Below, piece by piece: positions 8,662-18,750 of a stretch of 64,000 nt of DNA; the stretch's first letter is position 1; the number at the start of each line of letters is the position of its first letter. The DNA lies in NCBI GenBank assembly GCA_963697335.1, contig CAVONQ010000002.1:1-64000 (forward strand), given 5' to 3'. The DNA is from an uncultured cyanobacterium. GTDB lineage: Bacteria; Cyanobacteriota; Cyanobacteriia; PCC-6307; Cyanobiaceae. Under the pieces are notes generated by a model. It was not told the DNA's origin and made no database searches. It saw only the letters and a list, made by a program, of their open reading frames with translations. A program made the position numbers and the translations under genes.

Positions 8662-8977
8662 CACTACGGGCGCTGATCAGTGGATGTCCAAGTCGATCAT
8701 TTCGCTCAGATCGGTTGTGAGCAGGGGCATCTCGGCAAGGCCAGCAGTTGGGACGGCAGGGCGATCAGGAATCGGCTGAAATCACCACTCACAGGGTCAC
8801 CAATCAAGGCAAACATTGTTGCTTCTGTTTTCGCTGCTGCTGCTCCGATGGGAGTGCCCGCCTGCTTTTCCGGAGAAGGCCCAGGGCATGGCTCTCGCCT
8901 ATACGCTTCTTGATTGACACATTGGAGCGGCACATTGCAGCCACACCCTCGCCGGTGCGTCGGGGATTCAGCCACCC

Positions 8978-9667
8978 CTAATGGCGCAGGCGCACGGTGC
9001 GGGGCAGGGCTTCGCTGATGGCGCCCTCGGCATCGAGGGGGGGATAGGGCCGCCCCTGCCGGCGGCACCAGGCGGCCACCTCCGGGTAGGCCCATTCGAA
9101 CAGCAGTCGCCCGTATCGCTCCGGCCCCACCCCCTCGCCCTGGCTGGGCACCAGGCCGGCGACCTGGCGCTGGCGCAGGGCCTCGAACAGCAGCGTGGCC
9201 GTGGCCACGCTCACATTCAACGACTGCACCATGCCGCTCATCGGAATCACGATGGCCTGGTCCACCAGGGCAATCGCCTCCGGGCTCAGCCCCCACTTCT
9301 CGGTCCCGAGCACGAAGGCGGTGGGGCCGGTGAAGTCGCAGCTGCGGTAGTCCACCGCAGCGTCGCTGAGGTGGGTGCCGTAGAGGCGGAAGCCCTGCTG
9401 CCGCAGGGTCTGCAGGCCCTCGGCGGCGCTGCTGTGGCGCTGCAGCGCCACCCACTTCTGGCTGCCCTGGGCCGTGGTGTTGTACAGGGGCAGGCGCCCC
9501 TCCAGGCACACCGCGTGGGCCTCCAGCACCCCCACCGCATCGCAGCTGCGCAGGATCGCCGAGAGGTTGTGGGGCTTGTGCACCTGCTCCAGCAGCACCG
9601 TGAGGTCGGCCATGCGGTGGTTCAGCACCGCCTTGAGGCGCTCGAAGCGGCGGGGCAGCAGCGGCAT
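8978..9667 (-). CDS. trmH: tRNA (guanosine-18 2'-O)-methyltransferase
   Basis: MPLLPRRFERL..., HKPHNLSAILRSCDAVG, GTEKWG, IPMSGMVQSLNVSVA (SPOUT motifs). Confidence 0.9.
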   Translation of the reverse strand: MPLLPRRFERLKAVLNHRMADLTVLLEQVHKPHNLSAILRSCDAVGVLEAHAVCLEGRLPLYNTTAQGSQKWVALQRHSSAAEGLQTLRQQGFRLYGTHLSDAAVDYRSCDFTGPTAFVLGTEKWGLSPEAIALVDQAIVIPMSGMVQSLNVSVATATLLFEALRQRQVAGLVPSQGEGVGPERYGRLLFEWAYPEVAAWCRRQGRPYPPLDAEGAISEALPRTVRLRH

Positions 9668-9682
9668 GGGCAGGATGGCGGC

Positions 9683-10024
9683 ATGGAGCCTCCCAGCTTC
9701 GACCAGCGCGTCTACGCCGCCGTGGCCGGCATCCCGGAGGGGCGCCTCGCCACCTACGGCCACATCGCCGAGTCGATCGGCGCCTACGGCTGCGCCCGCC
9801 AGGTGGGCTGGGCCCTGCGCCGGCTGCCCCTGCCCTCCGCGGTGCCCTGGCACCGGGTGGTGAACGCCCAGGGGCGGATCAGCTTCAATCCCAGCCGCGA
9901 GGGGAGCGACTGGATCCAGCGGGAGCTGTTGCTGGCCGAGGGCATCCCGGTGGATGGCGAAGGTCGTCTGCCCCTGGGGCGCTATCTGTGGGTGCCGCCC
10001 CTGGATCCACCCCTGCTTGCCTGA
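9683..10024 (+). CDS. Alkyltransferase-like (MGMT family, ATL) protein
   Basis: IPEGRLATYGHIA...ARQVG...PWHRVVN; Trp in place of the catalytic Cys, as in ATL proteins. Confidence 0.9.
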   Translation: MEPPSFDQRVYAAVAGIPEGRLATYGHIAESIGAYGCARQVGWALRRLPLPSAVPWHRVVNAQGRISFNPSREGSDWIQRELLLAEGIPVDGEGRLPLGRYLWVPPLDPPLLA

Positions 10025-11453
10025 GTCCGTCTCCGCTGTCCCGGCTGACGCCGCCATCTCGGCCGACCCCGCCGACTCCCCAGCGGTGGCCGGTCTGGCG
10101 TCCCGCCGGCTGGCCTGGGAGGTGTTGCTGGCCGTGGGCGGCGGCGCCTACGCCGATGTGGCCCTGGAGAGGGCCCTGCAGCGCAGCAGCCTGGAGGGGG
10201 TCGACCGGGCCCTGGCCACCGAGCTGGCCTACGGCGCCATCCGCCAGCGGCTGCTGCTCGATGCCTGGATCGATGCCCTCGGTCGGGTGCCGGCCCTGCA
10301 GCAGCCACCGCGGCTGCGCTGGCTGCTGCACCTGGGGCTCTACCAGCTGCTGTTCAGTGGGCGGGTGCCGGCCTCGGCGGCGGTGAGCACCACCGTGGAG
10401 CTGGCCAAACGCGGTGGCCTGGCCCGCCTGGCGCCGGTGGCCAATGGGATGCTCCGCCAGCTGTTGCGCCGCCGGGCCGGGCTCGCCAGCAGCACTGGCG
10501 CCGCCGGGCCCGTCCTGGAGCTGGAGCCCTGGAGCGGCCTGGAGCTGCCCGCCGAGGCGGCCGCCAGCCTGGCCTTGCGCCATTCCCTGCCCGCCTGGCT
10601 GGCTGCGCTGCTGCTGCAGTGGCTGCCGCCCGAGCAGGCCGAGGCCTTTTCCCTGGCGGCCAACCAGCCCCCCGGCCTCGACCTGCGCGTGAACCCCCTG
10701 CGCTGCAGCCGGGACGCCCTGCTGCAGGCCCTGGCGGCGGCGGGGCTGGCGGCTTCGGCGTTGCCAGGAAACGATGGCGGCCTTGCCCTGGAGGGGCGGG
10801 TGGGGGATCTGCGCCGCCTGCCCGGCTTTCAGGAGGGCCACTGGAGCGTGCAGGACCGCACGGCTCAGCAGGTGGTGGCCCTGCTCGATCCCCAGCCCGG
10901 CGAGCGGCTGCTGGATGCCTGCGCCGCCCCCGGTGGCAAGTGCACCCAGATGGCGGAGCGGATCGGCGATCGGGGCGAGGTGTGGGCCATCGACCGCTCG
11001 GCGGCACGTTTGCAGCGGCTGGAGCGCAATGCCGCCCGGCTGGGCCTGGGCTGTGTCAGCAGCCTGGCGGCCGATGCGGCCGAGCTGGCCGTGGTTCGGC
11101 CCGACTGGCTGGGCCACTTTGATCGCATCCTGGTGGACGCCCCCTGCTCGGGGCTGGGCACCCTGGCCCGCCACGCCGATGCCCGCTGGCGTCTGCAGCC
11201 CACCGCGATCCCGGAGCTGGTGAGGCTGCAGCGGGCCCTGCTGGAGGGGGTGCTGCCGCTGTTGCGGCCAGGCGGCCTGCTGGTGTATGCCACCTGCACC
11301 GTGCATCCGGCCGAGAACGACGAGCAGGTGCAGGCCCTGCTGGCAGACCATCCGGGCTGGGAGTTGGAGCAGAAGTGGCAGGCCTGGCCCAAGGCCGGCG
11401 GCGGCGATGGATTCTTTGCGGCGTTGCTGCGGGCCCCAGGGGAGCAGAGCTGA
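10017..11453 (+). CDS. rsmB: 16S rRNA m5C967 methyltransferase
   Basis: NusB-like N-domain, DACAAPGGK, DAPCSG, YATCT. Start approximate (TTG). Confidence 0.92.
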   Translation: MPESVSAVPADAAISADPADSPAVAGLASRRLAWEVLLAVGGGAYADVALERALQRSSLEGVDRALATELAYGAIRQRLLLDAWIDALGRVPALQQPPRLRWLLHLGLYQLLFSGRVPASAAVSTTVELAKRGGLARLAPVANGMLRQLLRRRAGLASSTGAAGPVLELEPWSGLELPAEAAASLALRHSLPAWLAALLLQWLPPEQAEAFSLAANQPPGLDLRVNPLRCSRDALLQALAAAGLAASALPGNDGGLALEGRVGDLRRLPGFQEGHWSVQDRTAQQVVALLDPQPGERLLDACAAPGGKCTQMAERIGDRGEVWAIDRSAARLQRLERNAARLGLGCVSSLAADAAELAVVRPDWLGHFDRILVDAPCSGLGTLARHADARWRLQPTAIPELVRLQRALLEGVLPLLRPGGLLVYATCTVHPAENDEQVQALLADHPGWELEQKWQAWPKAGGGDGFFAALLRAPGEQS

Positions 11454-11459
11454 AGGGGC

Positions 11460-13655
11460 TCAGGGCGGCGGTGGCGGTGCGGGGGGCGGTGGTGGCGGCG
11501 GCGGCGGCGGCGGGGGAGCCGGGGCAGGCGCAGGAGCTGCAGGCGCAGGAGCTGGGGCCGGAGCGGGCCTTGGTGCGGGAGCTGGCGCAGGCTCTGCTGC
11601 CGGGCGGGGAGCCGGGCGGGCCGCTGGTTCGGCCGAGCGGGGTGGCGGGGTCCAGGACGATTCCGGCTCGCCCGTGGAGGCGGGATCCCGCGAGGGCTCA
11701 TCTCTGGGAGTGCTCTCCGCCGGCGCATCGGAGCTGGGAGCCTGACGCGGACTGGTGCTCGGCCGGTCCGGCTTGGCGGGTTTGGCGGACTTTTTGAAGG
11801 TGTCAGCGAGGGCGGGTTTGGGCGGGAACGCCTGCACTGGCAGGTCCTTGGTGATCGCAGCCATGAAGCGCCGCCAGGCATAGGCGGCCACCACGCTGGT
11901 GCTCTTGGTCTCGCGGCTGTTGTCGTAGCCGAGCCACACGCCGGTGGTGAGCTGGGGGATCGAGCCGATGAACCAGAGGTCGCGGCCCCCTTCCGAGGTC
12001 CCGGTCTTGCCGGCCACCGGGTGCCGGCCCAGGGAGGCGGCACCGCCGGTGCCACCGCGCACCACCTGCTGCAGCATCCAGGTCATGGCGTCGGCGATCG
12101 TGCTGTCCACGGCCCTGCGGCCCGGATCCCCATCGGTGCGGCGGCTCCAGAGCAATTCACCATCGGGGCCGAGGATCTCCTCGAATGGCGTGGGTTTCAC
12201 AAATACGCCCCGGTTGTTGATGGCGGCGTAGGCGGCGGTCATGTCGAGCACGGTGTCCTCCTCGGCGCCCAGGGCGAGGGGATAGAACTTGCCCAGGGGC
12301 TGGCTGATGCCCAGGCTGCGGGCCGTGGCGATCACCTTGTCGAAGCCCACCTCCTGCAGCAGCCCCACCGCCACGGTGTTCACCGAGTTCTGGAAGGCCC
12401 GCACCATCGTGATGCTGCCCAGGAAGCCCTTGCTGAAGTTCTTGGGGCAATAGCCGGCGAAACAGCGCTTGCGGTCCACCACCGTGCGCTCCGGTCGCAT
12501 GCCCTCCTTGAGGGCCGTGAGATACACGAACAACTTGAACGTGGAGCCGGTGGAACGCAGAGCCTGGGTGGCCCGGTTGAACTGGCTCTCGTCGTAGTCG
12601 CGGCCGCCCACCATGGCCCGCACCAGCCCGGTGCCCGGCTCCATGGCCACCAGGGCCCCCTCCAGGCCGCCGGGGGTGGACGCGGTAATCGCCTTCTGGG
12701 CCTGGTCCTGCCAGTCCAGATTGACGCTGCTGCGCACCGTCACGCCTCCCACCTCCAGCTGCTCGGGGGTGAGCACCTCGGCCAGCTCCTGCTGCACCCA
12801 GCTGCTGAAGAAGGGGGCCCGGCTCACCCAGTATTTGGGTTCGGCCGGCTTGAGGGCCAGGGGCGAGCCCTCGGCCTCCATCTGCTGGGCCTCGGTGATG
12901 TAGCCCTCCTCGCGCATACGGCGCAGCACCACCGCTCGGCGCTGCAGGGCCAGATCTGGATTCACCAGCGGCGAGTACACCGAGGGGGCGGGGGGAAGCC
13001 CGGCGATCAGGGCGGCCTCCGCCAGGTTGAGGTCGCTGGGGGCCTTGGAGAAGTAGATCCAGGCCGCATCCGCCACCCCGTAGGCGCTGGAGCCCAGGTA
13101 CACCAGATTCAGATACTCGGTGAGGATCTGGCGCTTGCTGAGCTGGCGCTCGAGCTTGCCCGCCAGCGCTGCCTCCTTCACCTTGCGCACGATGGTGCGG
13201 TCCTGGCTGAGGAAGACGGTGCGGGCCAGCTGTTGGGTGATCGTGCTGGCCCCCTCCTCGACTGAGCCGCGCGAGATGTTGCGCACCATGGCCCGGGCGA
13301 TGCCGGTGGGGTCGATGCCGTCGTGGTGGTAGAAGCGACGGTCTTCCGCCGCCACGAAGGCCTGCTCCACCAGGGGCGGGATCGAGCTGGCGGAGAGCTT
13401 CTCCCGAGACACCGGCCCCACCTTGTGCACCACCTGGCCATCGGCCGAGAGGATGGTGAGGGTACCGGGCCGGTTGAAGTGGTTGATGCCGCGGGCATCC
13501 GGCAGCAGGCTGTCGAGGCTCGCCATCAGAGCTGCCTGGCCCACGGCCACCCCACTGCCGAGGGTGGTCGCCACCACGGCAATGATCACCAGGTTGCGCT
13601 TGCCGCCCCCCGTACGACGGCGCTGGCGCGGTTTGGCAGGAACGGCGGTGCTCAC
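11460..13655 (-). CDS. Class A penicillin-binding protein (PBP1A family) with Pro-rich tail
   Basis: EDRRFY and GASTITQQLAR (transglycosylase); STFK, SVN and KTGT (transpeptidase). Confidence 0.93.
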   Translation of the reverse strand: MSTAVPAKPRQRRRTGGGKRNLVIIAVVATTLGSGVAVGQAALMASLDSLLPDARGINHFNRPGTLTILSADGQVVHKVGPVSREKLSASSIPPLVEQAFVAAEDRRFYHHDGIDPTGIARAMVRNISRGSVEEGASTITQQLARTVFLSQDRTIVRKVKEAALAGKLERQLSKRQILTEYLNLVYLGSSAYGVADAAWIYFSKAPSDLNLAEAALIAGLPPAPSVYSPLVNPDLALQRRAVVLRRMREEGYITEAQQMEAEGSPLALKPAEPKYWVSRAPFFSSWVQQELAEVLTPEQLEVGGVTVRSSVNLDWQDQAQKAITASTPGGLEGALVAMEPGTGLVRAMVGGRDYDESQFNRATQALRSTGSTFKLFVYLTALKEGMRPERTVVDRKRCFAGYCPKNFSKGFLGSITMVRAFQNSVNTVAVGLLQEVGFDKVIATARSLGISQPLGKFYPLALGAEEDTVLDMTAAYAAINNRGVFVKPTPFEEILGPDGELLWSRRTDGDPGRRAVDSTIADAMTWMLQQVVRGGTGGAASLGRHPVAGKTGTSEGGRDLWFIGSIPQLTTGVWLGYDNSRETKSTSVVAAYAWRRFMAAITKDLPVQAFPPKPALADTFKKSAKPAKPDRPSTSPRQAPSSDAPAESTPRDEPSRDPASTGEPESSWTPPPRSAEPAARPAPRPAAEPAPAPAPRPAPAPAPAPAAPAPAPAPPPPPPPPPPPPAPPPPP

Positions 13656-13656
13656 C

Positions 13657-14637
13657 TCATGCCACCAGAGCGCTGTGGCCGATGGCCAGGGCTGTGACCA
13701 ACATGCCCAGCACCAGGAAAGGCTGGGCGCTGGCCTGATACTTCACGTCGAACGCCACCGGATCGCGCAGCAGCCACACATCCTGAAAGGTGATCTGGGG
13801 CACGATCAGCAACACCAGCAGCACGGCCGCGAAGTGCTGGTTGATGGCAATCAGCACTGCCACCATGGCCAGCTGGAACAGATCAATCATGGCGGCGCTG
13901 ATCCAGCTCGCCCTGCTGATGCCGAACACCACGGGCAGGGATTGCAGCCCCAGGGCCCGGTCGCCCTCCACGCTCTTGAAGTCGTTCACCACGGCGATGC
14001 CCAGGCCAGCCAGGGAGTAGGCCAGGGTGAGCAGGGCGGTGGTCCAGGTGAGGTGGCCGAACAGGGCCTGGCCGGCCCACCAGGGCAGGGCGATGTAGCT
14101 GGCGCCCAGGGCATAGTTACCGAGCCAGCCGTTCTGCTTGAGCTTCAGGGGCGGCGCTGAGTAGATGAAGCTCACGAAGGAGCCCCCCAGGGCCAGCAGC
14201 AGCAGCACCGGCGTGGTGTGGCCGGCCCAGCGGTCCAGCCCCCAGGCCACCGCCAGGCCCGCCATCAGCAGCACCCAGATCTGAATCTTCACCTGGGGCA
14301 GGGGAATGGCGCCGGAGGGAATGGGGCGGTAGGGCTCGTTGATCGCGTCGATGTCGCGGTCGTAGTAATCGTTGATCGTCTGGGTGTAGCCCGCCAGCAG
14401 GGGGCCACTCATCAGCATGCAGGCGATCGAAGCGGCCACATTGGGCAGGGTCCAGCTGAACTGGCCCGAGGCCGCCGCGCCGCAGAGCACACCCCAGATC
14501 AGTGGAATCCAGGTGACCGGCTTCATCAGCTGCAGCCGGATCTTCCAGATGCTGCTGGTGCCTCCAGCACCCTTCATGCCCAGCAACTGACGGGCTGCCG
14601 AACCCCTTGGGGCCTCAGGGTTGGGGCTGTTGGTCAA
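13657..14637 (-). CDS. chlG: Chlorophyll synthase
   Basis: RLQLMKPVTWIPLIWG, NDYYDRDIDAINEPYRPIPSG, NDFKSVEGD. Confidence 0.97.
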   Translation of the reverse strand: MTNSPNPEAPRGSAARQLLGMKGAGGTSSIWKIRLQLMKPVTWIPLIWGVLCGAAASGQFSWTLPNVAASIACMLMSGPLLAGYTQTINDYYDRDIDAINEPYRPIPSGAIPLPQVKIQIWVLLMAGLAVAWGLDRWAGHTTPVLLLLALGGSFVSFIYSAPPLKLKQNGWLGNYALGASYIALPWWAGQALFGHLTWTTALLTLAYSLAGLGIAVVNDFKSVEGDRALGLQSLPVVFGISRASWISAAMIDLFQLAMVAVLIAINQHFAAVLLVLLIVPQITFQDVWLLRDPVAFDVKYQASAQPFLVLGMLVTALAIGHSALVA

Positions 14638-14645
14638 GGCTGGAT

Positions 14646-14861
14646 TCAGGCGAGGGTGACTTCGTCGTCGAAGAACCAGGCGCTCTGGCCTGCACCGAGA
14701 TCCACCACCAGACCGATGCCCTGGCCATCCACAGTGCGGAAGCCCGTCACGGTGCCGGTAGGGTCGCTCTTGAGGGCCTCGACCAGAACGGCAGGGATGC
14801 GGTCACGCACACGCAGCACGCGCACCTTGGAGCCGATGTTGATCGTGGCAGCCTGCACCAT
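14646..14861 (-). CDS. petP: Cytochrome b6f-associated PetP / DUF2862 protein
   Basis: IGSKVRV.RVRDR...GF..VDG.GIG...WFF..E pattern; next to chlG. Confidence 0.75.
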   Translation of the reverse strand: MVQAATINIGSKVRVLRVRDRIPAVLVEALKSDPTGTVTGFRTVDGQGIGLVVDLGAGQSAWFFDDEVTLA

Positions 14862-14973
14862 GGCCGACGCGACAGTCAGAGTCCGGCAACCTTAACAGCG
14901 AGGAGTGGCTGGGCCACTGTCCTGAGGCTGCACTGCCCCAGCATGGTGTGCACCCCCGGCCTGCTCCTCCGCC

Positions 14974-15777
14974 ATGGTTGCCAAGCGCATCATTCCCTGC
15001 CTCGACGTGGCAGAGGGCCGGGTGGTGAAGGGCATCAACTTCGTCGGTCTGCGCGACGCCGGCGACCCCGTGGAGCTGGCTTGCCGCTACAGCGCCGCCG
15101 GTGCTGATGAGCTGGTGTTCCTCGACATCGCCGCCAGCCACCAGGGCCGCTCCACCCTGGTGGACCTGGTGCAGCGCACCGCCGAGGCTGTGACGATCCC
15201 CTTCACCGTGGGCGGGGGCATCGCCAGCGTGGAGGGGATCACGGCCCTGCTGCGGGCCGGCGCTGACAAGGTGAGCCTCAACTCCGCAGCCGTGCGCGAT
15301 CCCGAGCTGGTGAGCCGGGGTGCCGAGCGCTTCGGGGTGCAGTGCATTGTGGTGGCGATCGATGCCCGCCGCCGCGGCGCCGGTGAGCCGCCGGGCTGGG
15401 ATGTCTACGTGAAGGGGGGCCGTGAGAACACCGGGCTCGATGCCCTGGCCTGGGCGCGGCGGGTGGTGGCCCTGGGGGCCGGCGAGATCCTGCTCACCTC
15501 GATGGATGGGGATGGCACCCAGGCCGGCTACGACCTGCCCCTCACCCGCGCCGTGGCTGAGGCGGTGGAGGTGCCCGTGATCGCCTCCGGCGGGGCCGGC
15601 TGCCTCGACCACATCGCCGCGGCGCTGCTGGATGGGCCAGAGGGCGGCGGCGCCTCGGCGGCCCTGCTGGCCTCCCTGCTCCATGACGGCGTTCTCAGCG
15701 TGGAGGCAATCAAGACCGATCTGCTGGCCCGGGGCCTGCCGATCCGGCCCCTGGAGGCCGGCGTTCCGGTGGGCTGA
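14974..15777 (+). CDS. hisF: Imidazole glycerol phosphate synthase cyclase subunit
   Basis: [35 protein letters not shown]. Confidence 0.97.
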   Translation: MVAKRIIPCLDVAEGRVVKGINFVGLRDAGDPVELACRYSAAGADELVFLDIAASHQGRSTLVDLVQRTAEAVTIPFTVGGGIASVEGITALLRAGADKVSLNSAAVRDPELVSRGAERFGVQCIVVAIDARRRGAGEPPGWDVYVKGGRENTGLDALAWARRVVALGAGEILLTSMDGDGTQAGYDLPLTRAVAEAVEVPVIASGGAGCLDHIAAALLDGPEGGGASAALLASLLHDGVLSVEAIKTDLLARGLPIRPLEAGVPVG

Positions 15778-15893
15778 TCCACGACACCCCCCGCTGCAGC
15801 GTCACGCCGGGACGTAACGGCTTGTTACATTGGTTACGGAAGATTGAGTGGTGCTCCGCTCGCGCTTCCCCCTACGGCAGGTCAGCGCCAGTG

Positions 15894-16220
15894 ATGTTCT
15901 TCCACCCCTTGCCACCCCCCTACTCCACCGTGCTGCCGCTGGTGCTGATGCTGGCCGTGGTGGCTCTGGTGGCCTGGGCGCTGCAGCTGATGCAGGCCGC
16001 TAACGACCGCCAGGAGTTCTCCCTGATGCTGGCCGGCTGCATGGTGTGTTCCGCCGCCGTGGGCCTGGCCACCGTCACGGTGATCATGGTGACGGCCCCC
16101 CAGCGGCTGCCGGCGCTGAGCCTGGAGTCGCAGATGGCCAGCGGCGTCAGCCTCGATGCCGTGTCGCTGCCTGAGATGCTGCCGGATTCACTGGTGTTCC
16201 CCTGGGATGGGCAGCTTTGA
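15894..16220 (+). CDS. Hypothetical two-TM membrane protein
   Basis: Two hydrophobic helices around DRQEFSLMLAG; host codon usage. Confidence 0.65.
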   Translation: MFFHPLPPPYSTVLPLVLMLAVVALVAWALQLMQAANDRQEFSLMLAGCMVCSAAVGLATVTVIMVTAPQRLPALSLESQMASGVSLDAVSLPEMLPDSLVFPWDGQL

Positions 16221-16929
16221 GCCGGGGCAGCCCGAGCAGGTGCAGACCCTGTTCGAGCAGATTGCCCCGCGCTACGACTTCCTCAATGACCTGCTCAGCC
16301 TCGGCCTGCACCGGCTGTGGAAGCGCCAGGCGATCGCCTGGCTGAGGCCGCGTCCGGGCCAGACCCTGCTCGATCTCTGCTGCGGCACGGGCGATCTGGC
16401 CCTGGTGCTGGCCGCGAAGGTGCGTCCCGCCGGTCGGGTGATCGGCCTGGATGCCGCCGCGGCGCCCCTGCAGCTGGCGGCCCGCCGTTCAGCCCGTTCC
16501 CCCTGGCTGCCCCTGGAGTGGCGCCAGGGAGATGCCCTGGCCACTGGCCTGTCAGACGGGATGGCGGCGGGTGTGGCGATGGCCTACGGGCTGCGCAACC
16601 TGGCGGATCCCGCCGCGGGCCTGGTGGAGGTGCGGCGCCTGCTGCGGCCAGGCGGGCGGGCCGCCTTGCTGGATTTCAACCGGCCAGATGGGGCCAGCCT
16701 TCAGGGGCGGCTCACGGCGGGCCTGCAGAGGCTCTGCCTGCGCGGCCTGGTGGTGCCGGCCTCCAGCCTGGCCGGCCTGCAGGAGCATTACGCCTATCTG
16801 GAGCCCAGCCTGGCCCGCCTCCCCACCGGCGCCGAGCAGGAGCGGCTGGCCCGTCGGCTCGGCTTCCGCAAGGTGCACCACCGGCCCCTGGCTGGCGGGT
16901 TGATGGGGCTGCTCGAGCTGGAGGCCTGA
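16207..16929 (+). CDS. menG: UbiE/MenG family quinone methyltransferase
   Basis: FEQIAPRYDFLNDLLSLGLHRLWK, LDLCCGTGD, YGLRN. Confidence 0.88.
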   Translation: MGSFEPGQPEQVQTLFEQIAPRYDFLNDLLSLGLHRLWKRQAIAWLRPRPGQTLLDLCCGTGDLALVLAAKVRPAGRVIGLDAAAAPLQLAARRSARSPWLPLEWRQGDALATGLSDGMAAGVAMAYGLRNLADPAAGLVEVRRLLRPGGRAALLDFNRPDGASLQGRLTAGLQRLCLRGLVVPASSLAGLQEHYAYLEPSLARLPTGAEQERLARRLGFRKVHHRPLAGGLMGLLELEA

Positions 16930-16950
16930 ATCGGTTGCCGCCCTCGGGGC

Positions 16951-17658
16951 TCAGCCGAACACCCGCTGGAACAGTGGATCGCCGAAGGCGCCGCGGAAGC
17001 CGGCCCGGGCCCTGGGGCCGAACTGCTCCAGGCTCTCGGCCAGGCCAGCGGGGCTGGAGGTCACATGGCTGGGCAGAGTCTGCATGGCCCAGAGGCAGTG
17101 GGGCCGGCAGGCCTCCAGCCATGTGTCCAGTGGAAACCAGCGCTGCAGGCCACAGAAGCTGTGGCAGGCCTTCAGCTCCTCCATCTCGGGATCGCTGGAG
17201 ATGCGATCGAGATCCACATGCAGGAAGCGCGGATCGGCATTCACCTCCAGCATGCGGCGGATGGTGCGGCCGGCCACATGCTCGATCTCAAAGCAGATCT
17301 GGTCGTCGAGTGAGCTCATGGACCTGAGTTTCTCCGCATAGGTGAGCCCTCCAAACTCCTGCTGGGGCTTATGTGCCCAGCGCTCATCGGTTCTGAGGTG
17401 GTAGCGCACTGAGGAGAGGATCAACCGGGCCGGGTTGCGGCTGCTGTGAATTCCCCTGAAGTCCAGGGTGTCGAGATCGAGGCGCCAGCGGCAGTTGTTC
17501 TGGAAATAGCAATCCCAGCGCTGCGGCAGGCGCACCTCGCGCTGGTTGTGCTTGGTGTCGAACCACACCCGTAAGCCGGTCAGGCGCTTGAGGGTTTTGA
17601 GGGCTTTGCTGAAGAATTTCGAGCCGGTCTTGTGGTGGGTACCGACGACGAACTTCAA
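16951..17658 (-). CDS. Sulfotransferase-like protein
   Basis: VGTHHKTGS (5'-PSB-like) and RNPARLILSSVRYH (3'-PB-like). TTG start. Confidence 0.6.
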   Translation of the reverse strand: MKFVVGTHHKTGSKFFSKALKTLKRLTGLRVWFDTKHNQREVRLPQRWDCYFQNNCRWRLDLDTLDFRGIHSSRNPARLILSSVRYHLRTDERWAHKPQQEFGGLTYAEKLRSMSSLDDQICFEIEHVAGRTIRRMLEVNADPRFLHVDLDRISSDPEMEELKACHSFCGLQRWFPLDTWLEACRPHCLWAMQTLPSHVTSSPAGLAESLEQFGPRARAGFRGAFGDPLFQRVFG

Positions 17659-17832
17659 CGCTGAGCGCAGATCTCATCCCTTCACTGTCGAGCTCCGGCT
17701 TGCCGTTGTCAAATCGCTGCCCCGGCTGGCGCCGCCTCCAGCGGGTACACCGCCATGGCACCGTGGTGCCGCGCCGGTTCGCTGGCCAAGTCCCTTCCCT
17801 CACTGCCCCCTCCCCCGGGCAGCAGGCCGCCG

Positions 17833-18750
17833 ATGCATTTCCAGGACATCATCAGCACCCTCAACCGCTTCTGGGCTGAGCAGGGCTGTCTGATCCTGCA
17901 GCCCTACGACACCGAGAAGGGCGCCGGCACCATGAGCCCCCACACGGTGCTGCGGGCGATCGGGCCCGAGCCCTGGGCCGTGGCCTACCCCGAGCCCTGC
18001 CGCCGCCCCACCGACGGCCGCTACGGCGACAACCCCAACCGGGCCCAGCACTACTTCCAGTACCAGGTGCTGATCAAGCCATCGCCTGACGGCATCCAGG
18101 AGACCTACCTGGCCTCCCTGGAGACCCTCGGCATCCGCGCGGCCGACCACGACATCCGCTTCGTGGAGGACAACTGGGAATCCCCCACCCTCGGCGCCTG
18201 GGGGGTGGGCTGGGAGGTGTGGCTCGATGGCATGGAGGTGACCCAGTTCACCTACTTCCAGCAGTGCGGCGGGCTCGACTGCAGGCCGGTGTCGATCGAG
18301 ATCACCTACGGCCTCGAGCGTCTGGCCATGTATCTCCAGGACGTGGAGAGCATCTGGGATCTCTCCTGGAACGGGCTGCGCAGCTACGGCGACATCTGGC
18401 TGCCCTTCGAGAAGGGCCAGTGCACCTACAACTTCGAGGCCTCCAACCCGGAACGGCTGCAGCAGCTGTTCGCCCTCTACGAGGCCGAGGCCGGCGACCT
18501 GGTGGCCCGGGGCCTGCCGGCCCCGGCGCTGGATTACGTGCTCAAGTGCAGCCACACCTTCAACCTGCTCGAGGCCCGCGGCGTGATCTCGGTGACCGAG
18601 CGCACGGCCACAATCGGCCGCATCCGCGTGCTGGCCCGACAGGTGGCCGAGGCCTGGCTGGCGGAGCGCCAGGCCCTGGGCTTTCCGCTGCTCAGCCCCG
18701 AGCGGCGCCAGGCCTGGCTGGAGGCCCAGGCCCCCCAGCCCGTGGCGTGA
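17833..18750 (+). CDS. glyQ: Glycine--tRNA ligase alpha subunit
   Basis: MHFQDII..., [33 protein letters not shown]. Confidence 0.98.
   Translation: MHFQDIISTLNRFWAEQGCLILQPYDTEKGAGTMSPHTVLRAIGPEPWAVAYPEPCRRPTDGRYGDNPNRAQHYFQYQVLIKPSPDGIQETYLASLETLGIRAADHDIRFVEDNWESPTLGAWGVGWEVWLDGMEVTQFTYFQQCGGLDCRPVSIEITYGLERLAMYLQDVESIWDLSWNGLRSYGDIWLPFEKGQCTYNFEASNPERLQQLFALYEAEAGDLVARGLPAPALDYVLKCSHTFNLLEARGVISVTERTATIGRIRVLARQVAEAWLAERQALGFPLLSPERRQAWLEAQAPQPVA

Noticed and set aside
8706..8816. 36-aa minus-strand ORF (MFALIGDPV...)
   Set aside because: Short, no clear RBS, no recognisable motif.
15814..15828. NtcA binding site
   Set aside because: Spacing is GTA-N9-TAC, not N8.
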